A stretch of DNA of 64,000 bases from Schmidtea nova. Its lineage: Eukaryota. The position numbers were made by a program, and so were the translations under genes. Shown piece by piece: positions 26,899 to 41,712 of the stretch. The notes under the pieces were generated by a model that saw nothing but the letters and a program-made list of their open reading frames with translations, was not told the DNA's origin and searched no databases. Location of the stretch: NCBI GenBank assembly GCA_044892505.1, contig CM097883.1:310868001-310932000 (forward strand). The letters run 5' to 3'. Each line of letters starts with the position of its first letter. The stretch's first letter is position 1.

Positions 26899-27384
26899 AT
26901 GTCAACTATACATTGTAGCATTTGTTTAGAAAATTGTTCGACTTCATTTGCAAAGTTATCTGAATGTCGTCATGAATTCTGTGAGAGTTGTATCAAAGGC
27001 TGGATGAAATATTCTTCTACGTGTCCATTAGATAGATCAGTAACTAAAACGTTAATTATATACAACAATCCTGTAGAAAGAACTATAAAAGATACTATTA
27101 CTGTTAAACCTAAATCTTCAAACGACAACGACGACGACGATGACGATAATTATGAGTCACAATTCTTCGAATATGACTTGGCATATTATTTGACGGCTGA
27201 TGATCATGAATTGGATGATGAATCAGGTAGCGATTTTGAGGTTGATTCAGATGAAGAAGAAGAAAGTGACACAGGCGCAAGTTACACTGACGAAAGTGAA
27301 ACAGACGCAAGTGATACGGACGAAAGTGACTTGGACGAAGTTGACACTGACGAAAGTGACACGGACGAAGAAAGTGAAAATTAG
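26899..27384 (+). CDS. RING protein, full-length, copy 17
   Basis: Same ORF, TCA at codon 109. Confidence 0.87.
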   Translation: MSTIHCSICLENCSTSFAKLSECRHEFCESCIKGWMKYSSTCPLDRSVTKTLIIYNNPVERTIKDTITVKPKSSNDNDDDDDDNYESQFFEYDLAYYLTADDHELDDESGSDFEVDSDEEEESDTGASYTDESETDASDTDESDLDEVDTDESDTDEESEN

Positions 27385-28154
27385 TATCAAAATGTTATCA
27401 TCAATATAGAATAGGTTTGATAAATTAGGCTAATTGAAACTTCTTTCATGAAAAGATGATTCTTCCTTGAGTTTACTTTGCATTTATATTAGAATATTAA
27501 ACGTTTTCTGGGTATTGGTGATATTTGCGCTATTTATATTTTTATTTTGTTTTAATATTACTGCTCTTTATATATGAATAATACAAGAACTGCTGATTGT
27601 TTTGATATTTTAGACTAAAGGTTTATCAGGATATCGAAAGTGTGTTGGGAATCTATGAAATATCTGTTTTTTAATTATATTATTTTTATTATTATTAATA
27701 TTATTATTATTGAAATTTTTATTATTTTTGATAATTTTAAACTTTTTTTATCATAAATACTAATACTTTTAAAATCATTGAAGTAAAAAACAAAAAATAC
27801 ACTTAACGTCATTAGGATTTGTAATAATTATATATAGATATAACAATTTTCAATTAAATACATGGATGGTCGACTCGACTTTTACAATTATTTCAAATAT
27901 TTTATTTTATGCTTGGCCTCCACAAACCAGTTATCCATTTCGTAAAAGTATTATTAGTTATGAGACTACAGCTGTTACCACCTTATAAATGTATTTTATC
28001 TGTAACATAAATGTAGTATATATGAAGTGGAATATGAAATCTTTTTTTCTCATGCATCCGTTTCATATGATTAATCGTATATCGTTAAAATTTCAAAATC
28101 TTTCTTTTCTTTATCTTGCAAAGTACTTACGTAATTGTTTGATCCACGTTTCCG

Positions 28155-28193
<39 letters not shown>

Positions 28194-28505
28194 ACGAAAT
28201 GGAACATGGCTCCGTTTTCAATTCGTAAAATCGAATACAAGTGGAAGTTCTCATGGAATTTTTATCTTTTTGACAACAACACCGTCGTTTTTCAGTTTTT
28301 TCATCTTATACCTTGTAGTTGATAATTGAGTTTCACACTTTCAAAGATAACGTAAATCCATCTGCTTTTATTTAATTTTTAATTACTTTTTATTGGTTTA
28401 AAGTGTTAAAGTAATCAGAATTCGACACTATTTATGTACGTTATTATATGAATTTTGACTACTATAAAATAACGAGATAAAATTAAGAGTAAAGTGAAAT
28501 TTAAA

Positions 28506-28832
28506 ATGTCAACTATACATTGTAGCATTTGTTTAGAAAATTGTTCGACTTCATTTGCAAAGTTATCTGAATGTCGTCATGAATTCTGTGAGAGTTGTAT
28601 CAAAGGCTGGATGAAATATTCTTCTACGTGTCCATTAGATAGATCAGTAACTAAAACGTTAATTATATACAACAATCCTGTAGAAAGAACTATAAAAGAT
28701 ACTATTACTGTTAAACCTAAATCTTCAAACGACAACGACGACGACGATGACGATAATTATGAGTCACAATTCTTCGAATATGACTTGGCATATTATTTGA
28801 CGGCTGATGATCATGAATTGGATGATGAATAA
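28506..28832 (+). CDS. RING protein, truncated allele, copy 18
   Basis: Same ORF, TAA at codon 109. Confidence 0.62.
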   Translation: MSTIHCSICLENCSTSFAKLSECRHEFCESCIKGWMKYSSTCPLDRSVTKTLIIYNNPVERTIKDTITVKPKSSNDNDDDDDDNYESQFFEYDLAYYLTADDHELDDE

Positions 28833-29761
28833 GGTAGCGATTTTGAGGTTGATTCAGATGAAGAAGAAGAAAGTGACACAGACGCAAGTTACACTGACGA
28901 AAGTGAAACAGACGCAAGTGATACGGACGAAAGTGACTTGGACGAAGTTGACACTGACGAAAGTGACACGGACGAAGAAAGTGAAAATTAGTATCAAAAT
29001 GTTATCATCAATATAGAATAGGTTTGATAAATTAGGCTAATTGAAACTTCTTTCATGAAAAGATGATTCTTCCTTGAGTTTACTTTGCATTTATATTAGA
29101 ATATTAAACGTTTTCTGGGTATTGGTGATATTTGCGCTATTTATATTTGTATTTTGTTTTAATATTACTGCTCTTTATATATGAATAATACAAGAACTGC
29201 TGATTGTTTTGATATTTTAGACTAAAGGTTTATCAGGATATCGAAAGTGTGTTGGGAATCTATGAAATATCTGTTTTTTAATTATATTATTTTTATTATT
29301 ATTAATATTATTATTATTGAAATTTTTATTATTTTTGATAATTTTAAACTTTTTTTATCATAAATACTAATACTTTTAAAATCATTGAAGTAAAAAACAA
29401 AAAATACACTTAACGTCATTAGGATTTGTAATAATTATATATAGATATAACAATTTTCAATTAAATACATGGATGGTCGACTCGACTTTTACAATTATTT
29501 CAAATATTTTATTTTATGCTTGGCCTCCACAAACCAGTTATCCATTTCGTAAAAGTATTATTAGTTATGAGACTACAGCTGTTACCACCTTATAAATGTA
29601 TTTTATCTGTAACATAAATGTAGTATATATGAAGTGGAATATGAAATCTTTTTTTCTCATGCATCCGTTTCATATGATTAATCGTATATCGTTAAAATTT
29701 CAAAATCTTTCTTTTCTTTATCTTGCAAAGTACTTACGTAATTGTTTGATCCACGTTTCCG

Positions 29762-29796
<35 letters not shown>

Positions 29797-30108
29797 ACGA
29801 AATGGAACATGGCTCCGTTTTCAATTCGTAAAATCGAATACAAGTGGAAGTTCTCATGGAATTTTTATCTTTTTGACAACAACACCGTCGTTTTTCAGTT
29901 TTTTCATCTTATACCTTGTAGTTGATAATTGAGTTTCACACTTTCAAAGATAACGTAAATCCATCTGCTTTTATTTAATTTTTAATTACTTTTTATTGGT
30001 TTAAAGTGTTAAAGTAATCAGAATTCGACACTATTTATGTACGTTATTATATGAATTTTGACTACTATAAAATAACGAGATAAAATTAAGAGTAAAGTGA
30101 AATTTAAA

Positions 30109-30594
30109 ATGTCAACTATACATTGTAGCATTTGTTTAGAAAATTGTTCGACTTCATTTGCAAAGTTATCTGAATGTCGTCATGAATTCTGTGAGAGTTG
30201 TATCAAAGGCTGGATGAAATATTCTTCTACGTGTCCATTAGATAGATCAGTAACTAAAACGTTAATTATATACAACAATCCTGTAGAAAGAACTATAAAA
30301 GATACTATTACTGTTAAACCTAAATCTTCAAACGACAACGACGACGACGATGACGATAATTATGAGTCACAATTCTTCGAATATGACTTGGCATATTATT
30401 TGACGGCTGATGATCATGAATTGGATGATGAATCAGGTAGCGATTTTGAGGTTGATTCAGATGAAGAAGAAGAAAGTGACACAGGCGCAAGTTACACTGA
30501 CGAAAGTGAAACAGACGCAAGTGATACGGACGAAAGTGACTTGGACGAAGTTGACACTGACGAAAGTGACACGGACGAAGAAAGTGAAAATTAG
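30109..30594 (+). CDS. RING protein, full-length, copy 19
   Basis: Same ORF, TCA at codon 109. Confidence 0.87.
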   Translation: MSTIHCSICLENCSTSFAKLSECRHEFCESCIKGWMKYSSTCPLDRSVTKTLIIYNNPVERTIKDTITVKPKSSNDNDDDDDDNYESQFFEYDLAYYLTADDHELDDESGSDFEVDSDEEEESDTGASYTDESETDASDTDESDLDEVDTDESDTDEESEN

Positions 30595-31364
30595 TATCAA
30601 AATGTTATCATCAATATAGAATAGGTTTGATAAATTAGGCTAATTGAAACTTCTTTCATGAAAAGATGATTCTTCCTTGAGTTTACTTTGCATTTATATT
30701 AGAATATTAAACGTTTTCTGGGTATTGGTGATATTTGCGCTATTTATATTTTTATTTTGTTTTAATATTACTGCTCTTTATATATGAATAATACAAGAAC
30801 TGCTGATTGTTTTGATATTTTAGACTAAAGGTTTATCAGGATATCGAAAGTGTGTTGGGAATCTATGAAATATCTGTTTTTTAATTATATTATTTTTATT
30901 ATTATTAATATTATTATTATTGAAATTTTTATTATTTTTGATAATTTTAAACTTTTTTTATCATAAATACTAATACTTTTAAAATCATTGAAGTAAAAAA
31001 CAAAAAATACACTTAACGTCATTAGGATTTGTAATAATTATATATAGATATAACAATTTTCAATTAAATACATGGATGGTCGACTCGACTTTTACAATTA
31101 TTTCAAATATTTTATTTTATGCTTGGCCTCCACAAACCAGTTATCCATTTCGTAAAAGTATTATTAGTTATGAGACTACAGCTGTTACCACCTTATAAAT
31201 GTATTTTATCTGTAACATAAATGTAGTATATATGAAGTGGAATATGAAATCTTTTTTTCTCATGCATCCGTTTCATATGATTAATCGTATATCGTTAAAA
31301 TTTCAAAATCTTTCTTTTCTTTATCTTGCAAAGTACTTACGTAATTGTTTGATCCACGTTTCCG

Positions 31365-31399
<35 letters not shown>

Positions 31400-31711
31400 A
31401 CGAAATGGAACATGGCTCCGTTTTCAATTCGTAAAATCGAATACAAGTGGAAGTTCTCATGGAATTTTTATCTTTTTGACAACAACACCGTCGTTTTTCA
31501 GTTTTTTCATCTTATACCTTGTAGTTGATAATTGAGTTTCACACTTTCAAAGATAACGTAAATCCATCTGCTTTTATTTAATTTTTAATTACTTTTTATT
31601 GGTTTAAAGTGTTAAAGTAATCAGAATTCGACACTATTTATGTACGTTATTATATGAATTTTGACTACTATAAAATAACGAGATAAAATTAAGAGTAAAG
31701 TGAAATTTAAA

Positions 31712-32197
31712 ATGTCAACTATACATTGTAGCATTTGTTTAGAAAATTGTTCGACTTCATTTGCAAAGTTATCTGAATGTCGTCATGAATTCTGTGAGAG
31801 TTGTATCAAAGGCTGGATGAAATATTCTTCTACGTGTCCATTAGATAGATCAGTAACTAAAACGTTAATTATATACAACAATCCTGTAGAAAGAACTATA
31901 AAAGATACTATTACTGTTAAACCTAAATCTTCAAACGACAACGACGACGACGATGACGATAATTATGAGTCACAATTCTTCGAATATGACTTGGCATATT
32001 ATTTGACGGCTGATGATCATGAATTGGATGATGAATCAGGTAGCGATTTTGAGGTTGATTCAGATGAAGAAGAAGAAAGTGACACAGGCGCAAGTTACAC
32101 TGACGAAAGTGAAACAGACGCAAGTGATACGGACGAAAGTGACTTGGACGAAGTTGACACTGACGAAAGTGACACGGACGAAGAAAGTGAAAATTAG
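31712..32197 (+). CDS. RING protein, full-length, copy 20
   Basis: Same ORF, TCA at codon 109. Confidence 0.87.
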   Translation: MSTIHCSICLENCSTSFAKLSECRHEFCESCIKGWMKYSSTCPLDRSVTKTLIIYNNPVERTIKDTITVKPKSSNDNDDDDDDNYESQFFEYDLAYYLTADDHELDDESGSDFEVDSDEEEESDTGASYTDESETDASDTDESDLDEVDTDESDTDEESEN

Positions 32198-32967
32198 TAT
32201 CAAAATGTTATCATCAATATAGAATAGGTTTGATAAATTAGGCTAATTGAAACTTCTTTCATGAAAAGATGATTCTTCCTTGAGTTTACTTTGCATTTAT
32301 ATTAGAATATTAAACGTTTTCTGGGTATTGGTGATATTTGCGCTATTTATATTTTTATTTTGTTTTAATATTACTGCTCTTTATATATGAATAATACAAG
32401 AACTGCTGATTGTTTTGATATTTTAGACTAAAGGTTTATCAGGATATCGAAAGTGTGTTGGGAATCTATGAAATATCTGTTTTTTAATTATATTATTTTT
32501 ATTATTATTAATATTATTATTATTGAAATTTTTATTATTTTTGATAATTTTAAACTTTTTTTATCATAAATACTAATACTTTTAAAATCATTGAAGTAAA
32601 AAACAAAAAATACACTTAACGTCATTAGGATTTGTAATAATTATATATAGATATAACAATTTTCAATTAAATACATGGATGGTCGACTCGACTTTTACAA
32701 TTATTTCAAATATTTTATTTTATGCTTGGCCTCCACAAACCAGTTATCCATTTCGTAAAAGTATTATTAGTTATGAGACTACAGCTGTTACCACCTTATA
32801 AATGTATTTTATCTGTAACATAAATGTAGTATATATGAAGTGGAATATGAAATCTTTTTTTCTCATGCATCCGTTTCATATGATTAATCGTATATCGTTA
32901 AAATTTCAAAATCTTTCTTTTCTTTATCTTGCAAAGTACTTACGTAATTGTTTGATCCACGTTTCCG

Positions 32968-33002
<35 letters not shown>

Positions 33003-33314
33003 ATGAAATGGAACATGGCTCCGTTTTCAATTCGTAAAATCGAATACAAGTGGAAGTTCTCATGGAATTTTTATCTTTTTGACAACAACACCGTCGTTTT
33101 TCAGTTTTTTCATCTTATACCTTGTAGTTGATAATTGAGTTTCACACTTTCAAAGATAACGTAAATCCATCTGCTTTTATTTAATTTTTAATTACTTTTT
33201 ATTGGTTTAAAGTGTTAAAGTAATCAGAATTCGACACTATTTATGTACGTTATTATATGAATTTTGACTACTATAAAATAACGAGATAAAATTAAGAGTA
33301 AAGTGAAATTTAAA

Positions 33315-33641
33315 ATGTCAACTATACATTGTAGCATTTGTTTAGAAAATTGTTCGACTTCATTTGCAAAGTTATCTGAATGTCGTCATGAATTCTGTGA
33401 GAGTTGTATCAAAGGCTGGATGAAATATTCTTCTACGTGTCCATTAGATAGATCAGTAACTAAAACGTTAATTATATACAACAATCCTGTAGAAAGAACT
33501 ATAAAAGATACTATTACTGTTAAACCTAAATCTTCAAACGACAACGACGACGACGATGACGATAATTATGAGTCACAATTCTTCGAATATGACTTGGCAT
33601 ATTATTTGACGGCTGATGATCATGAATTGGATGATGAATAA
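33315..33641 (+). CDS. RING protein, truncated allele, copy 21
   Basis: TAA at codon 109; GAA>AAA downstream of the stop. Confidence 0.62.
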   Translation: MSTIHCSICLENCSTSFAKLSECRHEFCESCIKGWMKYSSTCPLDRSVTKTLIIYNNPVERTIKDTITVKPKSSNDNDDDDDDNYESQFFEYDLAYYLTADDHELDDE

Positions 33642-34570
33642 GGTAGCGATTTTGAGGTTGATTCAGATGAAAAAGAAGAAAGTGACACAGACGCAAGTTA
33701 CACTGACGAAAGTGAAACAGACGCAAGTGATACGGACGAAAGTGACTTGGACGAAGTTGACACTGACGAAAGTGACACGGACGAAGAAAGTGAAAATTAG
33801 TATCAAAATGTTATCATCAATATAGAATAGGTTTGATAAATTAGGCTAATTGAAACTTCTTTCATGAAAAGATGATTCTTCCTTGAGTTTACTTTGCATT
33901 TATATTAGAATATTAAACGTTTTCTGGGTATTGGTGATATTTGCGCTATTTATATTTGTATTTTGTTTTAATATTACTGCTCTTTATATATGAATAATAC
34001 AAGAACTGCTGATTGTTTTGATATTTTAGACTAAAGGTTTATCAGGATATCGAAAGTGTGTTGGGAATCTATGAAATATCTGTTTTTTAATTATATTATT
34101 TTTATTATTATTAATATTATTATTATTGAAATTTTTATTATTTTTGATAATTTTAAACTTTTTTTATCATAAATACTAATACTTTTAAAATCATTGAAGT
34201 AAAAAACAAAAAATACACTTAACGTCATTAGGATTTGTAATAATTATATATAGATATAACAATTTTCAATTAAATACATGGATGGTCGACTCGACTTTTA
34301 CAATTATTTCAAATATTTTATTTTATGCTTGGCCTCCACAAACCAGTTATCCATTTCGTAAAAGTATTATTAGTTATGAGACTACAGCTGTTACCACCTT
34401 ATAAATGTATTTTATCTGTAACATAAATGTAGTATATATGAAGTGGAATATGAAATCTTTTTTTCTCATGCATCCGTTTCATATGATTAATCGTATATCG
34501 TTAAAATTTCAAAATCTTTCTTTTCTTTATCTTGCAAAGTACTTACGTAATTGTTTGATCCACGTTTCCG

Positions 34571-34605
<35 letters not shown>

Positions 34606-34917
34606 ATGAAATGGAACATGGCTCCGTTTTCAATTCGTAAAATCGAATACAAGTGGAAGTTCTCATGGAATTTTTATCTTTTTGACAACAACACCGTCGT
34701 TTTTCAGTTTTTTCATCTTATACCTTGTAGTTGATAATTGAGTTTCACACTTTCAAAGATAACGTAAATCCATCTGCTTTTATTTAATTTTTAATTACTT
34801 TTTATTGGTTTAAAGTGTTAAAGTAATCAGAATTCGACACTATTTATGTACGTTATTATATGAATTTTGACTACTATAAAATAACGAGATAAAATTAAGA
34901 GTAAAGTGAAATTTAAA

Positions 34918-35403
34918 ATGTCAACTATACATTGTAGCATTTGTTTAGAAAATTGTTCGACTTCATTTGCAAAGTTATCTGAATGTCGTCATGAATTCTG
35001 TGAGAGTTGTATCAAAGGCTGGATGAAATATTCTTCTACGTGTCCATTAGATAGATCAGTAACTAAAACGTTAATTATATACAACAATCCTGTAGAAAGA
35101 ACTATAAAAGATACTATTACTGTTAAACCTAAATCTTCAAACGACAACGACGACGACGATGACGATAATTATGAGTCACAATTCTTCGAATATGACTTGG
35201 CATATTATTTGACGGCTGATGATCATGAATTGGATGATGAATCAGGTAGCGATTTTGAGGTTGATTCAGATGAAGAAGAAGAAAGTGACACAGGCGCAAG
35301 TTACACTGACGAAAGTGAAACAGACGCAAGTGATACGGACGAAAGTGACTTGGACGAAGTTGACACTGACGAAAGTGACACGGACGAAGAAAGTGAAAAT
35401 TAG
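34918..35403 (+). CDS. RING protein, full-length, copy 22
   Basis: Same ORF, TCA at codon 109. Confidence 0.87.
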   Translation: MSTIHCSICLENCSTSFAKLSECRHEFCESCIKGWMKYSSTCPLDRSVTKTLIIYNNPVERTIKDTITVKPKSSNDNDDDDDDNYESQFFEYDLAYYLTADDHELDDESGSDFEVDSDEEEESDTGASYTDESETDASDTDESDLDEVDTDESDTDEESEN

Positions 35404-36173
35404 TATCAAAATGTTATCATCAATATAGAATAGGTTTGATAAATTAGGCTAATTGAAACTTCTTTCATGAAAAGATGATTCTTCCTTGAGTTTACTTTGC
35501 ATTTATATTAGAATATTAAACGTTTTCTGGGTATTGGTGATATTTGCGCTATTTATATTTTTATTTTGTTTTAATATTACTGCTCTTTATATATGAATAA
35601 TACAAGAACTGCTGATTGTTTTGATATTTTAGACTAAAGGTTTATCAGGATATCGAAAGTGTGTTGGGAATCTATGAAATATCTGTTTTTTAATTATATT
35701 ATTTTTATTATTATTAATATTATTATTATTGAAATTTTTATTATTTTTGATAATTTTAAACTTTTTTTATCATAAATACTAATTCTTTTAAAATCATTGA
35801 AGTAAAAAACAAAAAATACACTTAACGTCATTAGGATTTGTAATAATTATATATAGATATAACAATTTTCAATTAAATACATGGATGGTCGACTCGACTT
35901 TTACAATTATTTCAAATATTTTATTTTATGCTTGGCCTCCACAAACCAGTTATCCATTTCGTAAAAGTATTATTAGTTATGAGACTACAGCTGTTACCAC
36001 CTTATAAATGTATTTTATCTGTAACATAAATGTAGTATATATGAAGTGGAATATGAAATCTTTTTTTCTCATGCATCCGTTTCATATGATTAATCGTATA
36101 TCGTTAAAATTTCAAAATCTTTCTTTTCTTTATCTTGCAAAGTACTTACGTAATTGTTTGATCCACGTTTCCG

Positions 36174-36224
<51 letters not shown>

Positions 36225-36536
36225 ATGAAATGGAACATGGCTCCGTTTTCAATTCGTAAAATCGAATACAAGTGGAAGTTCTCATGGAATTTTTATCTTT
36301 TTGACAACAACACCGTCGTTTTTCAGTTTTTTCATCTTATACCTTGTAGTTGATAATTGAGTTTCACACTTTCAAAGATAACGTAAATCCATCTGCTTTT
36401 ATTTAATTTTTAATTACTTTTTATTGGTTTAAAGTGTTAAAGTAATCAGAATTCGACACTATTTATGTACGTTATTATATGAATTTTGACTACTATAAAA
36501 TAACGAGATAAAATTAAGAGTAAAGTGAAATTTAAA

Positions 36537-37022
36537 ATGTCAACTATACATTGTAGCATTTGTTTAGAAAATTGTTCGACTTCATTTGCAAAGTTATCTG
36601 AATGTCGTCATGAATTCTGTGAGAGTTGTATCAAAGGCTGGATGAAATATTCTTCTACGTGTCCATTAGATAGATCAGTAACTAAAACGTTAATTATATA
36701 CAACAATCCTGTAGAAAGAACTATAAAAGATACTATTACTGTTAAACCTAAATCTTCAAACGACAACGACGACGACGATGACGATAATTATGAGTCACAA
36801 TTCTTCGAATATGACTTGGCATATTATTTGACGGCTGATGATCATGAATTGGATGATGAATCAGGTAGCGATTTTGAGGTTGATTCAGATGAAGAAGAAG
36901 AAAGTGACACAGGCGCAAGTTACACTGACGAAAGTGAAACAGACGCAAGTGATACGGACGAAAGTGACTTGGACGAAGTTGACACTGACGAAAGTGACAC
37001 GGACGAAGAAAGTGAAAATTAG
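36537..37022 (+). CDS. RING protein, full-length, copy 23
   Basis: Same ORF, TCA at codon 109. Confidence 0.87.
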   Translation: MSTIHCSICLENCSTSFAKLSECRHEFCESCIKGWMKYSSTCPLDRSVTKTLIIYNNPVERTIKDTITVKPKSSNDNDDDDDDNYESQFFEYDLAYYLTADDHELDDESGSDFEVDSDEEEESDTGASYTDESETDASDTDESDLDEVDTDESDTDEESEN

Positions 37023-37792
37023 TATCAAAATGTTATCATCAATATAGAATAGGTTTGATAAATTAGGCTAATTGAAACTTCTTTCATGAAAAGATGATTC
37101 TTCCTTGAGTTTACTTTGCATTTATATTAGAATATTAAACGTTTTCTGGGTATTGGTGATATTTGCGCTATTTATATTTTTATTTTGTTTTAATATTACT
37201 GCTCTTTATATATGAATAATACAAGAACTGCTGATTGTTTTGATATTTTAGACTAAAGGTTTATCAGGATATCGAAAGTGTGTTGGGAATCTATGAAATA
37301 TCTGTTTTTTAATTATATTATTTTTATTATTATTAATATTATTATTATTGAAATTTTTATTATTTTTGATAATTTTAAACTTTTTTTATCATAAATACTA
37401 ATACTTTTAAAATCATTGAAGTAAAAAACAAAAAATACACTTAACGTCATTAGGATTTGTAATAATTATATATAGATATAACAATTTTCAATTAAATACA
37501 TGGATGGTCGACTCGACTTTTACAATTATTTCAAATATTTTATTTTATGCTTGGCCTCCACAAACCAGTTATCCATTTCGTAAAAGTATTATTAGTTATG
37601 AGACTACAGCTGTTACCACCTTATAAATGTATTTTATCTGTAACATAAATGTAGTATATATGAAGTGGAATATGAAATCTTTTTTTCTCATGCATCCGTT
37701 TCATATGATTAATCGTATATCGTTAAAATTTCAAAATCTTTCTTTTCTTTATCTTGCAAAGTACTTACGTAATTGTTTGATCCACGTTTCCG

Positions 37793-37851
<59 letters not shown>

Positions 37852-38163
37852 ACGAAATGGAACATGGCTCCGTTTTCAATTCGTAAAATCGAATACAAGT
37901 GGAAGTTCTCATGGAATTTTTATCTTTTTGACAACAACACCGTCGTTTTTCAGTTTTTTCATCTTATACCTTGTAGTTGATAATTGAGTTTCACACTTTC
38001 AAAGATAACGTAAATCCATCTGCTTTTATTTAATTTTTAATTACTTTTTATTGGTTTAAAGTGTTAAAGTAATCAGAATTCGACACTATTTATGTACGTT
38101 ATTATATGAATTTTGACTACTATAAAATAACGAGATAAAATTAAGAGTAAAGTGAAATTTAAA

Positions 38164-38490
38164 ATGTCAACTATACATTGTAGCATTTGTTTAGAAAATT
38201 GTTCGACTTCATTTGCAAAGTTATCTGAATGTCGTCATGAATTCTGTGAGAGTTGTATCAAAGGCTGGATGAAATATTCTTCTACGTGTCCATTAGATAG
38301 ATCAGTAACTAAAACGTTAATTATATACAACAATCCTGTAGAAAGAACTATAAAAGATACTATTACTGTTAAACCTAAATCTTCAAACGACAACGACGAC
38401 GACGATGACGATAATTATGAGTCACAATTCTTCGAATATGACTTGGCATATTATTTGACGGCTGATGATCATGAATTGGATGATGAATAA
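38164..38490 (+). CDS. RING protein, truncated allele, copy 24
   Basis: Same ORF, TAA at codon 109. Confidence 0.62.
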   Translation: MSTIHCSICLENCSTSFAKLSECRHEFCESCIKGWMKYSSTCPLDRSVTKTLIIYNNPVERTIKDTITVKPKSSNDNDDDDDDNYESQFFEYDLAYYLTADDHELDDE

Positions 38491-39419
38491 GGTAGCGATT
38501 TTGAGGTTGATTCAGATGAAGAAGAAGAAAGTGACACAGACGCAAGTTACACTGACGAAAGTGAAACAGACGCAAGTGATACGGACGAAAGTGACTTGGA
38601 CGAAGTTGACACTGACGAAAGTGACACGGACGAAGAAAGTGAAAATTAGTATCAAAATGTTATCATCAATATAGAATAGGTTTGATAAATTAGGCTAATT
38701 GAAACTTCTTTCATGAAAAGATGATTCTTCCTTGAGTTTACTTTGCATTTATATTAGAATATTAAACGTTTTCTGGGTATTGGTGATATTTGCGCTATTT
38801 ATATTTGTATTTTGTTTTAATATTACTGCTCTTTATATATGAATAATACAAGAACTGCTGATTGTTTTGATATTTTAGACTAAAGGTTTATCAGGATATC
38901 GAAAGTGTGTTGGGAATCTATGAAATATCTGTTTTTTAATTATATTATTTTTATTATTATTAATATTACTATTATTGAAATTTTTATTATTTTTGATAAT
39001 TTTAAACTTTTTTTATCATAAATACTAATTCTTTTAAAATCATTGAAGTAAAAAACAAAAAATACACTTAACGTCATTAGGATTTGTAATAATTATATAT
39101 AGATATAACAATTTTCAATTAAATACATGGATGGTCGACTCGACTTTTACAATTATTTCAAATATTTTATTTTATGCTTGGCCTCCACAAACCAGTTATC
39201 CATTTCGTAAAAGTATTATTAGTTATGAGACTACAGCTGTTACCACCTTATAAATGTATTTTATCTGTAACATAAATGTAGTATATATGAAGTGGAATAT
39301 GAAATCTTTTTTTCTCATGCATCCGTTTCATATGATTAATCGTATATCGTTAAAATTTCAAAATCTTTCTTTTCTTTATCTTGCAAAGTACTTACGTAAT
39401 TGTTTGATCCACGTTTCCG

Positions 39420-39474
<55 letters not shown>

Positions 39475-39786
39475 ACGAAATGGAACATGGCTCCGTTTTC
39501 AATTCGTAAAATCGAATACAAGTGGAAGTTCTCATGGAATTTTTATCTTTTTGACAACAACACCGTCGTTTTTCAGTTTTTTCATCTTATACCTTGTAGT
39601 TGATAATTGAGTTTCACACTTTCAAAGATAACGTAAATCCATCTGCTTTTATTTAATTTTTAATTACTTTTTATTGGTTTAAAGTGTTAAAGTAATCAGA
39701 ATTCGACACTATTTATGTACGTTATTATATGAATTTTGACTACTATAAAATAACGAGATAAAATTAAGAGTAAAGTGAAATTTAAA

Positions 39787-40113
39787 ATGTCAACTATACA
39801 TTGTAGCATTTGTTTAGAAAATTGTTCGACTTCATTTGCAAAGTTATCTGAATGTCGTCATGAATTCTGTGAGAGTTGTATCAAAGGCTGGATGAAATAT
39901 TCTTCTACGTGTCCATTAGATAGATCAGTAACTAAAACGTTAATTATATACAACAATCCTGTAGAAAGAACTATAAAAGATACTATTACTGTTAAACCTA
40001 AATCTTCAAACGACAACGACGACGACGATGACGATAATTATGAGTCACAATTCTTCGAATATGACTTGGCATATTATTTGACGGCTGATGATCATGAATT
40101 GGATGATGAATAA
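39787..40113 (+). CDS. RING protein, truncated allele, copy 25
   Basis: Same ORF, TAA at codon 109. Confidence 0.62.
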   Translation: MSTIHCSICLENCSTSFAKLSECRHEFCESCIKGWMKYSSTCPLDRSVTKTLIIYNNPVERTIKDTITVKPKSSNDNDDDDDDNYESQFFEYDLAYYLTADDHELDDE

Positions 40114-41385
40114 GGTAGCGATTTTGAGGTTGATTCAGATGAAGAAGAAGAAAGTGACACAGACGCAAGTTACACTGACGAAAGTGAAACAGACGCAAGT
40201 GATACGGACGAAAGTGACTTGGACGAAGTTGACACTGACGAAAGTGACACGGACGAAGAAAGTGAAAATTAGTATCAAAATGTTATCATCAATATAGAAT
40301 AGGTTTGATAAATTAGGCTAATTGAAACTTCTTTCATGAAAAGATGATTCTTCCTTGAGTTTACTTTGCATTTATATTAGAATATTAAACGTTTTCTGGG
40401 TATTGGTGATATTTGCGCTATTTATATTTGTATTTTGTTTTAATATTACTGCTCTTTATATATGAATAATACAAGAACTGCTGATTGTTTTGATATTTTA
40501 GACTAAAGGTTTATCAGGATATCGAAAGTGTGTTGGGAATCTATGAAATATCTGTTTTTTAATTATATTATTTTTATTATTATTAATATTACTATTATTG
40601 AAATTTTTATTATTTTTGATAATTTTAAACTTTTTTTATCATAAATACTAATTCTTTTAAAATCATTGAAGTAAAAAACAAAAAATACACTTAACGTCAT
40701 TAGGATTTGTAATAATTATATATAGATATAACAATTTTCAATTAAATACATGGATGGTCGACTCGACTTTTACAATTATTTCAAATATTTTATTTTATGC
40801 TTGGCCTCCACAAACCAGTTATCCATTTCGTAAAAGTATTATTAGTTATGAGACTACAGCTGTTACCACCTTATAAATGTATTTTATCTGTAACATAAAT
40901 GTAGTATATATGAAGTGGAATATGAAATCTTTTTTTCTCATGCATCCGTTTCATATGATTAATCGTATATCGTTAAAATTTCAAAATCTTTCTTTTCTTT
41001 ATCTTGCAAAGTACTTACGTAATTGTTTGATCCACGTTTCCGTCATATATATATATATATATATATATATTTAATGAAATGGAACATGGCTCCGTTTTCA
41101 ATTCGTAAAATCGAATACAAGTGGAAGTTCTCATGGAATTTTTATCTTTTTGACAACAACACCGTCGTTTTTCAGTTTTTTCATCTTATACCTTGTAGTT
41201 GATAATTGAGTTTCACACTTTCAAAGATAACGTAAATCCATCTGCTTTTATTTAATTTTTAATTACTTTTTATTGGTTTAAAGTGTTAAAGTAATCAGAA
41301 TTCGACACTATTTATGTACGTTATTATATGAATTTTGACTACTATAAAATAACGAGATAAAATTAAGAGTAAAGTGAAATTTAAA

Positions 41386-41712
41386 ATGTCAACTATACAT
41401 TGTAGCATTTGTTTAGAAAATTGTTCGACTTCATTTGCAAAGTTATCTGAATGTCGTCATGAATTCTGTGAGAGTTGTATCAAAGGCTGGATGAAATATT
41501 CTTCTACGTGTCCATTAGATAGATCAGTAACTAAAACGTTAATTATATACAACAATCCTGTAGAAAGAACTATAAAAGATACTATTACTGTTAAACCTAA
41601 ATCTTCAAACGACAACGACGACGACGATGACGATAATTATGAGTCACAATTCTTCGAATATGACTTGGCATATTATTTGACGGCTGATGATCATGAATTG
41701 GATGATGAATAA
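41386..41712 (+). CDS. RING protein, truncated allele, copy 26 (recombinant)
   Basis: TAA at codon 109 but GGC at codon 126. Confidence 0.62.
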   Translation: MSTIHCSICLENCSTSFAKLSECRHEFCESCIKGWMKYSSTCPLDRSVTKTLIIYNNPVERTIKDTITVKPKSSNDNDDDDDDNYESQFFEYDLAYYLTADDHELDDE